From an uncultured delta proteobacterium (GTDB lineage: Bacteria > Desulfobacterota > Desulfobacteria > Desulfobacterales > B30-G6): a stretch of DNA of 64,000 bases. The notes below the pieces were generated by a model. The model ran no database searches. It was not told the origin of the DNA and was given only the letters and a program-made list of their open reading frames with translations. This document shows positions 1 through 9,504 of this stretch, piece by piece. A program made the translations under genes and the position numbers. The DNA is taken from positions 640,001 to 704,000 of the forward strand of contig CAWGLD010000001.1 in NCBI GenBank assembly GCA_963823335.1, read 5' to 3'. Positions within the stretch are counted from its first letter, which is position 1; each line of letters opens with the position of its first letter.

Positions 1-1
1 G

Positions 2-49
2 GATATGAAACGATGTGCCAATTTGCGCGTCGTGCCGATTGAAACATAA
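2..49 (+). CDS. Possible 3' end of an upstream CDS (DMKRCANLRVVPIET*), product unknown
   Basis: Open frame from the window edge to TAA at 47-49, followed by a short spacer and the RBS of the next gene. Too short to identify. Confidence 0.3.
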   Translation, partial: DMKRCANLRVVPIET

Positions 50-90
50 GAACGAATACTTGTAGCAAGAAGACTATACAGGGAGTCTCT

Positions 91-666
91 ATGAAAAAAT
101 ATGACATCATTGACACGGCAACACGGCTTTTTGCCACCCAGGGTTTTGATGGGACAACGACGCTGCAGATCGCAAGGGAAGCCAAGGTCACCGAACCCTT
201 GATTTATTACCATTTTGAGGGAAAAGACGATCTTTTTACCCATATCATTCGCAATGGCTTCGAGGCCTACTTTACCCGACTGGAATCGCTGAACCAGAAA
301 ACATCGACACAATTTGAAAAAATTGAAAATATTTTTACCCTGCACTTTGATTTTATCAATGAACGACCGGATGAGATATATCTGGTTGTCAGTGCTTGTC
401 CGGCCAAACTCAAAGACGCCAAACATATCTGCACACAAAAACTCGATAAGCAGCGCAAGTGGCTCGCGGCATATCTGAGAAAATGTATCAAGGAAGGTAT
501 TGCGAGCGGTGAATTCAAAGAGATGCCGGTTTCCGAAACCGTAACGCTGCTACTTGCCGTCATCAGCGGCATCATCCGTCAGCGTACGCTGAAACTTGAG
601 TCCCGCAGGGGAATGAAAAAGGCGGTCGTTGAATTCTGCCGCAGAAGCATGGTGCAGCAGGACTAA
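91..666 (+). CDS. TetR/AcrR family transcriptional regulator
   Basis: N-terminal HTH (ATRLFATQGFDGTTTLQIAREAKVTEPLIYYHFEGKDDLF); GGGAG RBS. Confidence 0.93.
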   Translation: MKKYDIIDTATRLFATQGFDGTTTLQIAREAKVTEPLIYYHFEGKDDLFTHIIRNGFEAYFTRLESLNQKTSTQFEKIENIFTLHFDFINERPDEIYLVVSACPAKLKDAKHICTQKLDKQRKWLAAYLRKCIKEGIASGEFKEMPVSETVTLLLAVISGIIRQRTLKLESRRGMKKAVVEFCRRSMVQQD

Positions 667-673
667 CCCGGGC

Positions 674-1180
674 ATGACACTTGAACCCCAATTGGTTCCC
701 GTCCTCAGGGAGGGAATCGATGTCATCAAGATGGTTCTGTTCCGGGAACTGAAATCATTGCTGCTTTCCAGGGGCAGGGAACCGGTCTATGTAAACAAGC
801 TCACGGGCGCTGTGGTGAATGAACTTTTCGGTATCATGCCTCCGGGAGCGGTCATTGAAAGTTTCAGCCGGACAAACCAGGATGCCGTCCAAAAGACACT
901 GGGAATGATCTCCACAAAACTCGACCACCTCAAGATACCCTTGACAGATGCCCTGCGTATTCAATTTCTTTGTGACAGCCATGAGGGCTTGAACAGCACT
1001 GCTGTTTTGGAAAAAGCCCAAAAGCGTGACATTCTGATTGTAGAAAGGGACGTGCCCCTGCCGGGTGCATTCATGAATATCGTTCGCAGTTTCGGCAGGT
1101 CCTATGGGATCCTTGACCCACAACCATTGACCACACCGGGAACGACACAGACAAACCAGCATGGAGGAATTGTCAAATGA
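674..1180 (+). CDS. Hypothetical protein, translationally coupled to mttB
   Basis: ATG at 674 just after the tetR stop; its TGA overlaps the mttB ATG (ATGA); protein-like composition. Confidence 0.7.
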   Translation: MTLEPQLVPVLREGIDVIKMVLFRELKSLLLSRGREPVYVNKLTGAVVNELFGIMPPGAVIESFSRTNQDAVQKTLGMISTKLDHLKIPLTDALRIQFLCDSHEGLNSTAVLEKAQKRDILIVERDVPLPGAFMNIVRSFGRSYGILDPQPLTTPGTTQTNQHGGIVK

Positions 1181-2673
1181 ATGAAAAAATTCAGCCACAA
1201 AGGTTGAAACCCCCTGCAGCGACGGGACTCCACATGGATATCCTGTCCGAAAAAGAGCTGAATGACCTCCACGACAGCACCCTTAAAGTCCTGGAAAAAA
1301 CGGGTCTCTTTATCGACAATGATGCGGCTTTGGATTGCTTTGAGAGGGCCGGTGCAAGCATAGATCGCAAAAGCGGCATCGTCAAGATACCGCCGCGGCT
1401 GGTGGAAGAAGCCGTTCAATCCGCCCCTTCAAAGGTCATGCTCGCCGGTCGTGATCCAAAACACGACCTGGTGCTCGGAGAAAATCGTGTTCACTTCACC
1501 AATTTCAGCGAAGGCGTCAAAATCAACGACCCATACACCGGTGAAAACAGGCCACCGGTCAAGAAGGATCTTGCGGATGTCGCACGGGTCATCGATTCTC
1601 TGGATGAAATTGACTTCTGTGAGAAAGCCATCGGCGCCCATGACGTACCCCAGGAGACCGTTCCCCTGCACAATGCCGAAGCTTTCCTCACCAACACCAC
1701 CAAACACTGTGCTTTTGGGCCCGGCAACGGAAATCTGCTCAACAAAATCATCGAAATGGCCGCCATCATCGTCGGCGGCGTCAAACAACTGGCAGAACGA
1801 CCCATCGTGTCATTCACTACCTGTCCGGTGAGTCCTTTGAAGCTGATCAAGGAATGCTGCGAGATCATCATGGTGTCAGCCAAAAACAATGTCGTATGCA
1901 ATATATTGTCCATGGCCATGGCCGGCGCCACATCCCCCGCAACCCTTGCCGGCACCCTGGTGACCCACAACGCGGAAATCCTGGGTGGTATCACGCTTTC
2001 GCAGTTGACCCGCAAGGGGGCTCCCGTGATTTACGGAAGTTCCACCACCGCCATGGATTTGAAGCTGGCCGAAGCATCGGTGGGCACACCCGAGTGCGCC
2101 CTCATCAGCGGCGCCGTAGTTCGGTTGGCGCGCTATTATGCGTTACCCAGCTACGTTGCCGGTGGGTAGGGCGACGGCAAGATATCAGACAGCCAGATGG
2201 GCCACGAAAAAACTCTCACCGGACTGATACCCGCATTGGCAGGTGCCGATATGATTTACGGTCCGGGGATGCTTGAAAGTGGCATCACCTTCGATCTTGC
2301 CCAACTGGTTCTCGACTGTGAATTTGCTCGTATGATAAAACATACCGTCAACGGTATTCCCGTTACCGAAGAGACCATTGCCCTGGGTGTTATCCAGGAA
2401 ATCGGGCCATTTGGCGATTTCCTGGCGCACAGGCACACATTTCAACACATGCGGGAACAATCGAGAGCCGAGATCATCGATCGCAGAATGCGAAGCGCCT
2501 GGGAGATGGACGGCGCCACCGACAGCTATACAAGGGCATGTCACAAGGTCCGCCAGATCCTGGAAAACCATTTTCCGGAGCCACTTCCCCCCGGCGTGCT
2601 GGCCAAGATCCGGCGTATCGTGCAAAAAACGGAGACCGAAATGGGTATTGCAAGCCCTGCTGAATCTTCATAG
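1177..2673 (+). CDS. mttB: Trimethylamine:corrinoid methyltransferase, pyrrolysine-containing (in-frame TAG at 2167-2169, codon 331; 498 aa)
   Basis: ORFs 1177-2169 and 2197-2673 are in one frame, separated only by TAG: YVAGG-O-GDGKISDSQMGHEKT, matching the MttB Pyl-site context. SPLK, MAMAGATSPATLAGT and GAPVIYGSST motifs are present. Confidence 0.93.
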
Positions 2674-2705
2674 TTTAATATGCAAACGAGGGTTCGAGGA
2701 GAAAT

Positions 2706-4127
2706 ATGAATAACCGAATTCTAACCAGAATGGGTGACGGCGAACGAAAATGGCACTCAGAATCCGATGTCCGAGCAGATATCGACCAAGGTACAGCCGA
2801 TGCTGCCAAAAGGGCCGCTATCCCCGCATTGACAGACGAAGAGAAAAGCCAGCTTTTCGATATCATGGCAGATCCCTCCAGAATTGTCAGTGTTCATCCC
2901 GGAGAAGAAGTCATTGTCACCGATGATGGTTGCAGCATGAGTTTCTACTCGGGTCAGGACGGCGGTGGTGTGGGTATTCCCATGAGCCGTATGCAGGCCG
3001 TACTCACCTATGAGCGCGCATGCTGCGGTGACACGACATCCATCGGTCACAGTGATTATTCTTTCAAGCCGGTCAAACCCATCATCAATTTTGAAAAAAA
3101 TGATTATTACAACATTTCCATGGTGTCCACGGCACCCCTTTTCTACGGGGCACAACCCAACATGGGTCTTTACTTTCAACCGGACGGACCCTGCCCCAAC
3201 CCTTCGGAACTTCTCCCCATCGGTAAAATTGCCGAAGCACTTCAGGCACAGGAAGAGGCCGCCGAACATCTGACCAGGGATCTGGTCTATGTCGGCAAGA
3301 AAATGGCCGAAGTGGGGTGTGAAGGACTCAATTTCGACACCTCCGGGTCAGCGGGAGATGCAGATTTCCTGGCAGCCCTCAGGGCCGTGGAAGCATTGAA
3401 GCAGGCAGTTCCGGATATGCCGATACTCATGGGGGCTTCCGGAGAATTCGTTATCGGTATGCACGGTGATGTTGCCTATAAGAATCAGCGTCTGGCGGGT
3501 CTCTACCCTCACGAGCAGGCCAAGGTGGTTTCGGACGCAGGTGCCGATGTTTTTGGTCTTGCCATCGGCACCAATACGACCCGGTCCGTGGCCTGGAATC
3601 TTTCCAGAACAGTGACCTTTCTAAAGGAAACCACCGCCACATCCCCTATTCCGGTGCATGCCAACGTGGGCATGGGTGTCTGCGGTATCCCCATGATGGA
3701 ACAGACACCCATCGACAGTGTGACACGCGTTTCCAAGGCCCTGGTTCAGATTGGTAAAGCAGACGGATTGTAGATTGGCGTAGGTGATCCCTTTGGGATG
3801 CATATGGCCCATATTCTGGCTTCATGCATGGGTGGCATTCGGACTTCCGGAGATCTGGTCGCCTGGATGCAAATAACCCGCAGAATGAAAATTAATGAAG
3901 CCAAAAAATATGTGGCCAAAAAATTGAATGTCAATATTCTGGATCTGACCGACGAAGAGGTGATGCGCCCGATCCGTGAAGAACTGGGTATCGGCGTGGT
4001 TACCTCCGTTGCCGGCAGCCCCAAAGGCATCCGGGCAAAATGGAAAATCGCCGAGCTTCTGGACATTTCCATACGCTCGGTCGACCTGTTCAAATCACAA
4101 CTGTCGCCTGAACATATTATGAGATAG
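2706..4127 (+). CDS. mtbB: Dimethylamine:corrinoid methyltransferase, pyrrolysine-containing (in-frame TAG at 3771-3773, codon 356; 473 aa)
   Basis: ORFs 2706-3773 and 3798-4127 are in one frame across [46 protein letters not shown] and [10 protein letters not shown] motifs are typical of MtbB. Confidence 0.93.
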
Positions 4128-4132
4128 CCGGG

Positions 4133-4735
4133 TTAAGACAAGATACGCGTTTTGCTGCCCATGACCCTTCCTTGACATGCAAAATACTGCAGCGCCATCC
4201 ACAGCTTGACGTCACACATGGCGGTGCCGTCTGCAATGATTCGGGATGCCTCGGCAGAGGACAAGAGACAGACCTGGATGGTTTCGGTCCCTTGGTTTTT
4301 TTCGGTGGAAGGAACACCGTCACAGTCGCAATGGACCAGAGCAACCGATTCATCGGTCAGACCGGCGGTGTTGTACAGGGGTGGACTGATGCCCGTGATG
4401 CATTTCAGCGACAAGCCGGTTTCTTCCATGAGTTCCCGCCGGGCAGCCTCCTCAATGCTTTCACCGTCGTCGATCAGGCCTGCCGGAAATTCATATTGAA
4501 AACCTGCCAGCGATACCCGGTATTCCTTAAGCACAACCAATTTTTGTTCGGTGGTGTGAAACGGGATCATCAACACCGCATCAGGGATATTGAATTGACC
4601 CGAAACACACTTGGGCCGGCGGTTTCTCGATACGATCTGCCAGTTTCTCTTTCCGCCGACTTTATCGGTATAAGATATATCGAACAGGTTGATCCATTTG
4701 GCTTCGGTCAGTTTCTTAAATCCAGTTATTTTCAT
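4133..4735 (-). CDS. NUDIX hydrolase (ADP-ribose pyrophosphatase-like)
   Basis: Nudix box GLIDDGESIEEAARRELMEETGL. Confidence 0.9.
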   Translation of the reverse strand: MKITGFKKLTEAKWINLFDISYTDKVGGKRNWQIVSRNRRPKCVSGQFNIPDAVLMIPFHTTEQKLVVLKEYRVSLAGFQYEFPAGLIDDGESIEEAARRELMEETGLSLKCITGISPPLYNTAGLTDESVALVHCDCDGVPSTEKNQGTETIQVCLLSSAEASRIIADGTAMCDVKLWMALQYFACQGRVMGSKTRILS

Positions 4736-4857
4736 GTTATACCTTCTTGGATGTCTAACAGTTGGGATCCCTTTTCGTGTTTTTAAAATTTCGTGTTTTC
4801 GTGATAAGTTTTTTTCCCCGCTTTTTAGATTAACAGCTTATGAAATTCTCATCAACA

Positions 4858-5000
4858 TTGAAGAACCTCGCAGCAAGCTACGAGGAATCTTCGACCGTAA
4901 GGAATTCTGTCTAATCTAGATTCGCTCGCTAACCCCGCAGCATGCGAAGCACTGCCGAACGGCAGAACCTACGGGGAATGCGCTCGCTTTTTCGGTTCAT
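4858..5000. repeat. Two-hairpin intergenic element (CCTCGCAGCAAGCTACGAGG ... CCCCGCAG...CTACGGGG), REP/IS200-IS605-end-like
   Basis: The first hairpin is nearly identical to the palindrome at 60728-60761. Confidence 0.6.
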
Positions 5001-5106
5001 ATAATATCCAGGTATTGCGACATGCCTAGCATTTCACCGGATAACCATCATAAACCTTTTTATACCGCTTGTCATAATAATGTTCCGAAAATAGGATGGC
5101 GGCATA

Positions 5107-5160
5107 AGGGGTTGTAGCAGAAAAACGGTCCTCAATCGGAACCTTTTTCTGACAACCCCT
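5107..5160. repeat. Imperfect inverted repeat (AGGGGTTGT..CAGAAAAA / TTTTTCTGACAACCCCT)
   Basis: Arms read directly; intergenic, upstream of arfB. Confidence 0.55.
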
Positions 5161-5222
5161 ATAAATTTCGGCCGATCCGCTTGCCCCTTGTCCTAGTTGC
5201 TCAGATAGCGTAAAATACCCCC

Positions 5223-5648
5223 ATGATTCAGGTCACATCGAACATTCAAATCCATGAAAGTGATATGACCTTCGATTTCATTCGGGCATCCGGACCGGGA
5301 GGCCAGAATGTGAACAAGGTTTCCACGGCGGTCCAGCTTCGCTTCGCGGCCCTTCAATCCGGCAGTCTTCCCCCCGAGGTTTACTTTCGTCTGAAAAAGC
5401 TGGCGGGAAAACGGATCTCGGCGGAAGGCGTCCTGATTATCCAGGCCAAACGTTTTAGAAGTCAGGAGAAAAACCGTCAGGATGCCATCGAGCGCCTCGT
5501 CAGACTGATCCGGAAAGCAACTGAAAAACCAAAACCGCGCAGGAAAACACGACCTACAAGAGCCTCGAAAGAACGTAAACTGGCTGCCAAACAGCTTAGA
5601 AGCCGTTTGAAAAAAACCCGTCAACGTGTGTCGAGAGCAGACGACTGA
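5223..5648 (+). CDS. arfB: Alternative ribosome rescue peptidyl-tRNA hydrolase
   Basis: RASGPGGQNVNKVSTAV (GGQ motif), RSQEKNR, and a basic C-terminal tail. Confidence 0.95.
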   Translation: MIQVTSNIQIHESDMTFDFIRASGPGGQNVNKVSTAVQLRFAALQSGSLPPEVYFRLKKLAGKRISAEGVLIIQAKRFRSQEKNRQDAIERLVRLIRKATEKPKPRRKTRPTRASKERKLAAKQLRSRLKKTRQRVSRADD

Positions 5649-5708
5649 GCCGATTATTTCATGAAAATTCCATGTTGATAAAGAACCCATGATTGCACCA
5701 AGCACGGG

Positions 5709-6875
5709 TTGAACAGGAGGATGTGTTTGAGTGGACTGATTCTATTTGTTGCGGTGTATCTGAGCATTTATGGCGGCGTACATGTTTATGGTTTTATCAG
5801 AGTAAAACAAGGCTTGGTCTTTGGCTTCTGGCCGGGACTGGTGATGGCGATCTTCATGGTTGTGATGGTGGCGGCGCCCATCATGGTCCGGATTGCCGAA
5901 AAGTTCGGGCACAACTCTATCGCTCACATCCTGGCCATCATCGGATTCATCTGGATGGGCTTTTTGTTTGTATTTGTATCGGCCTTGTTTTTCTTCGACG
6001 TTTACAGGTTTTTCCTGGCCATAGGCCGTTTCGTCTTCCAAACCTATTTGTTATCCATCACACCCACAGCAGGCTTTTCCTGTGTGGTGTCCATGCTTAT
6101 CGCGTGCAGTGTCATGGGTTATGGCTTTTTTGAGGCGCTCAATATCCGCCTGGAGCATGTCACCATCACTACGGACAAACTGCCCAAAAATTTGGACAGC
6201 CTGAGAATCGCCCAGATATCAGATGTCCATCTCGGTGTTCTGGTGGGTGAAATGCGACTGAAAAGAATTCTCGACAAGGTCAAGACGGCAAAGCCCCATA
6301 TGCTGGTGTCCACCGGCGATCTCGTGGATGGGCAGATGGACGACCCGGAGCGGCTGGCAGGCATGTTGCGGGAAATCGTAACACCGCACGGCAAATATGC
6401 CGTCACCGGAAATCACGAGTATTATGCCGGTCTTCCCCGCTCACTCGATTTTACGAAAAAAGCCGGTTTTGTGTTGCTGCAGGGTGAGACCCGAACACTA
6501 CCGAATTCGATCCACATCGCCGGTGTCGAGGACCCTGCCGGAAGATCTCCGGGGACCGCGGACAACGATTCAGAATCTCGTCTGCTGTCCACGCTCTCCA
6601 AGGACCTGTTTACCCTCCTGCTGAAACACCAGCCGGTTGTCGACAAGAACGGCGCCAGGCATTTCGATCTGCAGCTTTCCGGGCATACCCACAAAGGACA
6701 GATTTTCCCCTTCAGTCTGTTGACGAGACTGTTCTATAAAACACATCCGGGTCTGACCCGACTCCAGGATGGTTCTTTTGCTTACGTGAGCCGCGGATCC
6801 GGCACATGGGGACCACCGGTCAGATTTCTGTCACCACCGGAAGTGACACTCATCGAAATCGTGAGAAACCCGTAG
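5709..6875 (+). CDS. Membrane-anchored metallophosphoesterase (YkuE/YaeI-like)
   Basis: N-terminal TM helices; SDVH, GDLVD, GNHE and SGHTH motifs. Confidence 0.9.
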   Translation: MNRRMCLSGLILFVAVYLSIYGGVHVYGFIRVKQGLVFGFWPGLVMAIFMVVMVAAPIMVRIAEKFGHNSIAHILAIIGFIWMGFLFVFVSALFFFDVYRFFLAIGRFVFQTYLLSITPTAGFSCVVSMLIACSVMGYGFFEALNIRLEHVTITTDKLPKNLDSLRIAQISDVHLGVLVGEMRLKRILDKVKTAKPHMLVSTGDLVDGQMDDPERLAGMLREIVTPHGKYAVTGNHEYYAGLPRSLDFTKKAGFVLLQGETRTLPNSIHIAGVEDPAGRSPGTADNDSESRLLSTLSKDLFTLLLKHQPVVDKNGARHFDLQLSGHTHKGQIFPFSLLTRLFYKTHPGLTRLQDGSFAYVSRGSGTWGPPVRFLSPPEVTLIEIVRNP

Positions 6876-6902
6876 CCTGGCTTTTTATACAGCGTTGACT
6901 CC

Positions 6903-7571
6903 CTACCTGATAGCAAGGGACAGCAGTGTCTTGCTTAGATCCGCGATTGTTTCAAAGACAACATCCGGACTGGCTGCGGCGATTTCATCCCGTGAACCAT
7001 AACCGTAAGCCACAGCCGCCGTCATGACCTTGTTTGCTTTGCCGCCCTCGATATCGTATACCCGGTCCCCCACCATTACCGTTGCCGCGGGATCGAGCCC
7101 CTCCTGATGGATGATGTGTGCAATCAACGCTCCTTTGTCCGACAGGTGACCATCCAGTTCGCTTCCATAAACAGTTTGGAAAAACGGGGTCATCTCGAAG
7201 TGATCGAGTATCTGTTGTGCAAACACCCTGGGTTTTGAGGTCGCAAGGAACAGGTTAAACTCAGACTTCTGAAGCTCGTCAAGAGACGAGACAACCCCGG
7301 GGTAAAGAATGTTTTCGAACATGCCCTTTTCAGAGAATCGCTTTCGATAATGAACCAGGGCCTGGTCGAGAATGGTTGCGTCCGTGGTATTCAACAGCTC
7401 TGAGAAAGAGGCTCTCAGGGGTGGACCGACACACCATTTGAGCTGGTCTGACAACGGCATGGCCGCGCCGAGGCGCTCAAGCGCATACTGGATGCAGCGT
7501 GTAATCCCCTCCCCGGGATCCGTCAGCGTACCATCCAGATCAAACAAGATGTTCGAAATATTAGACACCAT
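6903..7571 (-). CDS. HAD-superfamily hydrolase (phosphoglycolate phosphatase/5'-nucleotidase-like)
   Basis: FDLDGTL, ATSK and VGDR motifs; start uncertain (7571-7652). Confidence 0.88.
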   Translation of the reverse strand: MVSNISNILFDLDGTLTDPGEGITRCIQYALERLGAAMPLSDQLKWCVGPPLRASFSELLNTTDATILDQALVHYRKRFSEKGMFENILYPGVVSSLDELQKSEFNLFLATSKPRVFAQQILDHFEMTPFFQTVYGSELDGHLSDKGALIAHIIHQEGLDPAATVMVGDRVYDIEGGKANKVMTAAVAYGYGSRDEIAAASPDVVFETIADLSKTLLSLAIR

Positions 7572-7857
7572 CAAACCAGGGTTTTCCCTCCAGAAACCGA
7601 AACGTGACGTGATCTTCTTTATGCCATGCCTGATAACTTTCACTGTCAACAATACTGGTTAAATACTGAAACACTTTCTCCGGGGTGGTATTTATTTCAA
7701 TGGTATCTGTGAGAACCAGTTCTTCAAACAATGCCATTTGTTAACCTCCCTATCCCGCAAATTTCAAAATCCTTCCCTATCACCCATTTCAAACACGTCC
7801 TTGAGCCGTAGTATCATCCCTCAGTATGAAGGGCCAGAATGTGGGGCTTGCAGCGTA

Positions 7858-8202
7858 TTAAGTATCCTGTGGGCGACCTCTGTACATTTGAACCGCTGCC
7901 TTCTCAAGGGTTACCAGACCCTCCTTGACCACGGTTTCGATGGAGCCAAGAAACAACTGTATTTTTTCAGGTGTATCCACTATCTCCACAACAATAGGCA
8001 AGTCAAGCGAAAGCCTGAGTATTTTTGAGGTATGAATGCGGCTGTTGGCACCAAAGCCCATCAAACCACGCAAAACGGTAGCACCCGCTAAACCTTGTTC
8101 TTTTGCTTGAATTACAAGCCATTCATACAGTGGTTTCCCTTGGTGTTTATCACTCTCCCCAATAAATATTCGCAGGAGTTGGCCATTGGGTGGAAGGTTC
8201 AT
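7858..8202 (-). CDS. DUF190 (PII-like) protein
   Basis: LLRIFIGESD, GLAGATVLRG and LSLDLPIVVEIVD; usual neighbour of crcB. Confidence 0.9.
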   Translation of the reverse strand: MNLPPNGQLLRIFIGESDKHQGKPLYEWLVIQAKEQGLAGATVLRGLMGFGANSRIHTSKILRLSLDLPIVVEIVDTPEKIQLFLGSIETVVKEGLVTLEKAAVQMYRGRPQDT

Positions 8203-8207
8203 CTGTT

Positions 8208-8591
8208 TTATCTCCATATGGATATGGTTGCGAATCTACCCAGCAAGACCGCTGCTAATCCTAAAACGACATGCGTTCCCATGTTTATCAACGCCAGAGA
8301 CAACCCGTGTTCCTGCAACAGATTCAAGGTCTCGTGGCTGAAGGTGGAATAGGTCGTAAAAGAACCCAGGAACCCCACCATCAGAAACAGACGCAATTCT
8401 GCTGTCATACCTGCCTGCGTTTCAACAAGGTGAGAAAATATGCCCATCAGAAAACAGCCTGCAATATTAACAGCAAGGGTGCCATGGGGAAATGTAACAC
8501 TTTGGGTTAAATTCTGAACCAAACCACTCATCAGATATCTTAAAACAGCACCGATAAAACCACCAACACCAACCAAAACGAGTGGGTGCAT
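8208..8591 (-). CDS. crcB: Fluoride efflux channel Fluc
   Basis: GGFIGAVLRY, GTLAVN and GFLGSFTTYSTFS motifs. Confidence 0.95.
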   Translation of the reverse strand: MHPLVLVGVGGFIGAVLRYLMSGLVQNLTQSVTFPHGTLAVNIAGCFLMGIFSHLVETQAGMTAELRLFLMVGFLGSFTTYSTFSHETLNLLQEHGLSLALINMGTHVVLGLAAVLLGRFATISIWR

Positions 8592-8834
8592 ATGTCAATC
8601 CTCTTTACTAATTAAACAATAATCAGATAATTTATTAATCATATCAAATTGTTCTTATCATACGCAAAACAACGAAATAATGTCAAGGACACTTGGGGAG
8701 GTACTTAGGGACGGGTATTCATTACTATTGTTAAGCAGTCTTCACAAGCTTTTGCTTTTCAAGTTTGTAATAATATGTTTCATATTATATACGTCGTTAT
8801 GATACCCAACCGGCAACAAAACAGGGGAAACCTT

Positions 8835-9308
8835 ATGGCTATCGAAAATAAATTCCTGGCCCATTGCGGACTTTACTGCGGCGTTTGCGGTGTTTACTAT
8901 GCCACACGGGACCATAACGACAACTTTCTGGAACGGCTCCTATCCATGTATCAAGAAAAAATTCCGGATCTCGAAGGCGTTTCCATCGAAGATCTCAAAT
9001 GCGAAGGCTGTCTTTCCGACAGGGTCAGTCTGTTCTGCAGGTCTTGTTCCATCAAGGCCTGTACCCAGGAAAGGGGATACAGTGGTTGCCATGAATGTGA
9101 TGACTTTCCCTGTGACCACATCGAAAATTTTCCCATGCCCGTGGGAAAAAAAGTTATTTTACGCGCAGTACCCTATCGACGTGAACAGGGTACCGAAAAA
9201 TGGGTTCACGACGAAGAATCGCGTTATGGCTGTCCGGAATGCGGGCATAGCATTTTCAGAGGTGCGAAACGGTGTAATAAGTGCAAGGTTGCCGTCGATC
9301 TGGACTAG
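8835..9308 (+). CDS. Cys-rich DUF3795-like protein
   Basis: CGLYCGVC, CEGC, C..CSIKAC, CHECDDFPC and a C-terminal CPEC...CNKC. Confidence 0.8.
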   Translation: MAIENKFLAHCGLYCGVCGVYYATRDHNDNFLERLLSMYQEKIPDLEGVSIEDLKCEGCLSDRVSLFCRSCSIKACTQERGYSGCHECDDFPCDHIENFPMPVGKKVILRAVPYRREQGTEKWVHDEESRYGCPECGHSIFRGAKRCNKCKVAVDLD

Positions 9309-9477
9309 AAGCTATCTCAAAAAAGTTTTTTGACCCAATTTCTGTGTTGGTCCCTTGCTTCAACTCCTCGGAATACTTCAGTATGCACCCCAAGGGCATT
9401 TCCTGCGGGCACCTGCGGGTTGAAGTTCGGGCCCGCCTTGAACTTGAGCCAAAACCCTTTTTTTGAGATGGCTTATA
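9306..9477. mobile_element. MITE-like element, copy 1 (TA-flanked; TIR GAAGCTATCTCAAAAAA / TTTTTTGAGATGGCTT)
   Basis: Near-identical to 59856-60001, with about 26 extra internal bases; terminal inverted repeats with TA on both sides. Confidence 0.8.
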
Positions 9478-9504
9478 GTCTTATAGAGGAATCATTCAAA
9501 TCTC

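Noticed and set aside
3774-3815. PYLIS-like hairpin after the mtbB amber (ATCCC-TTT-GGGAT)
   Set aside because: The stem is short, is explained by the conserved GDPFGM coding sequence, has no counterpart after the mttB amber, and such elements are not required for Pyl insertion.
1177-4127. mttB and mtbB as nonsense-mutated pseudogenes or four separate genes
   Set aside because: Each break is a single in-frame TAG at its family's Pyl position, with no other decay.
5223-5648. arfB as a dedicated rescue factor for ribosomes stalled at Pyl codons
   Set aside because: It is separated from the operon by a convergent gene, and arfB is widespread; proximity alone is not evidence.
8592-8770. Fluoride riboswitch upstream of crcB
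   Set aside because: The region is AT-rich and I could not find the GGCGATG...CTGATG consensus.
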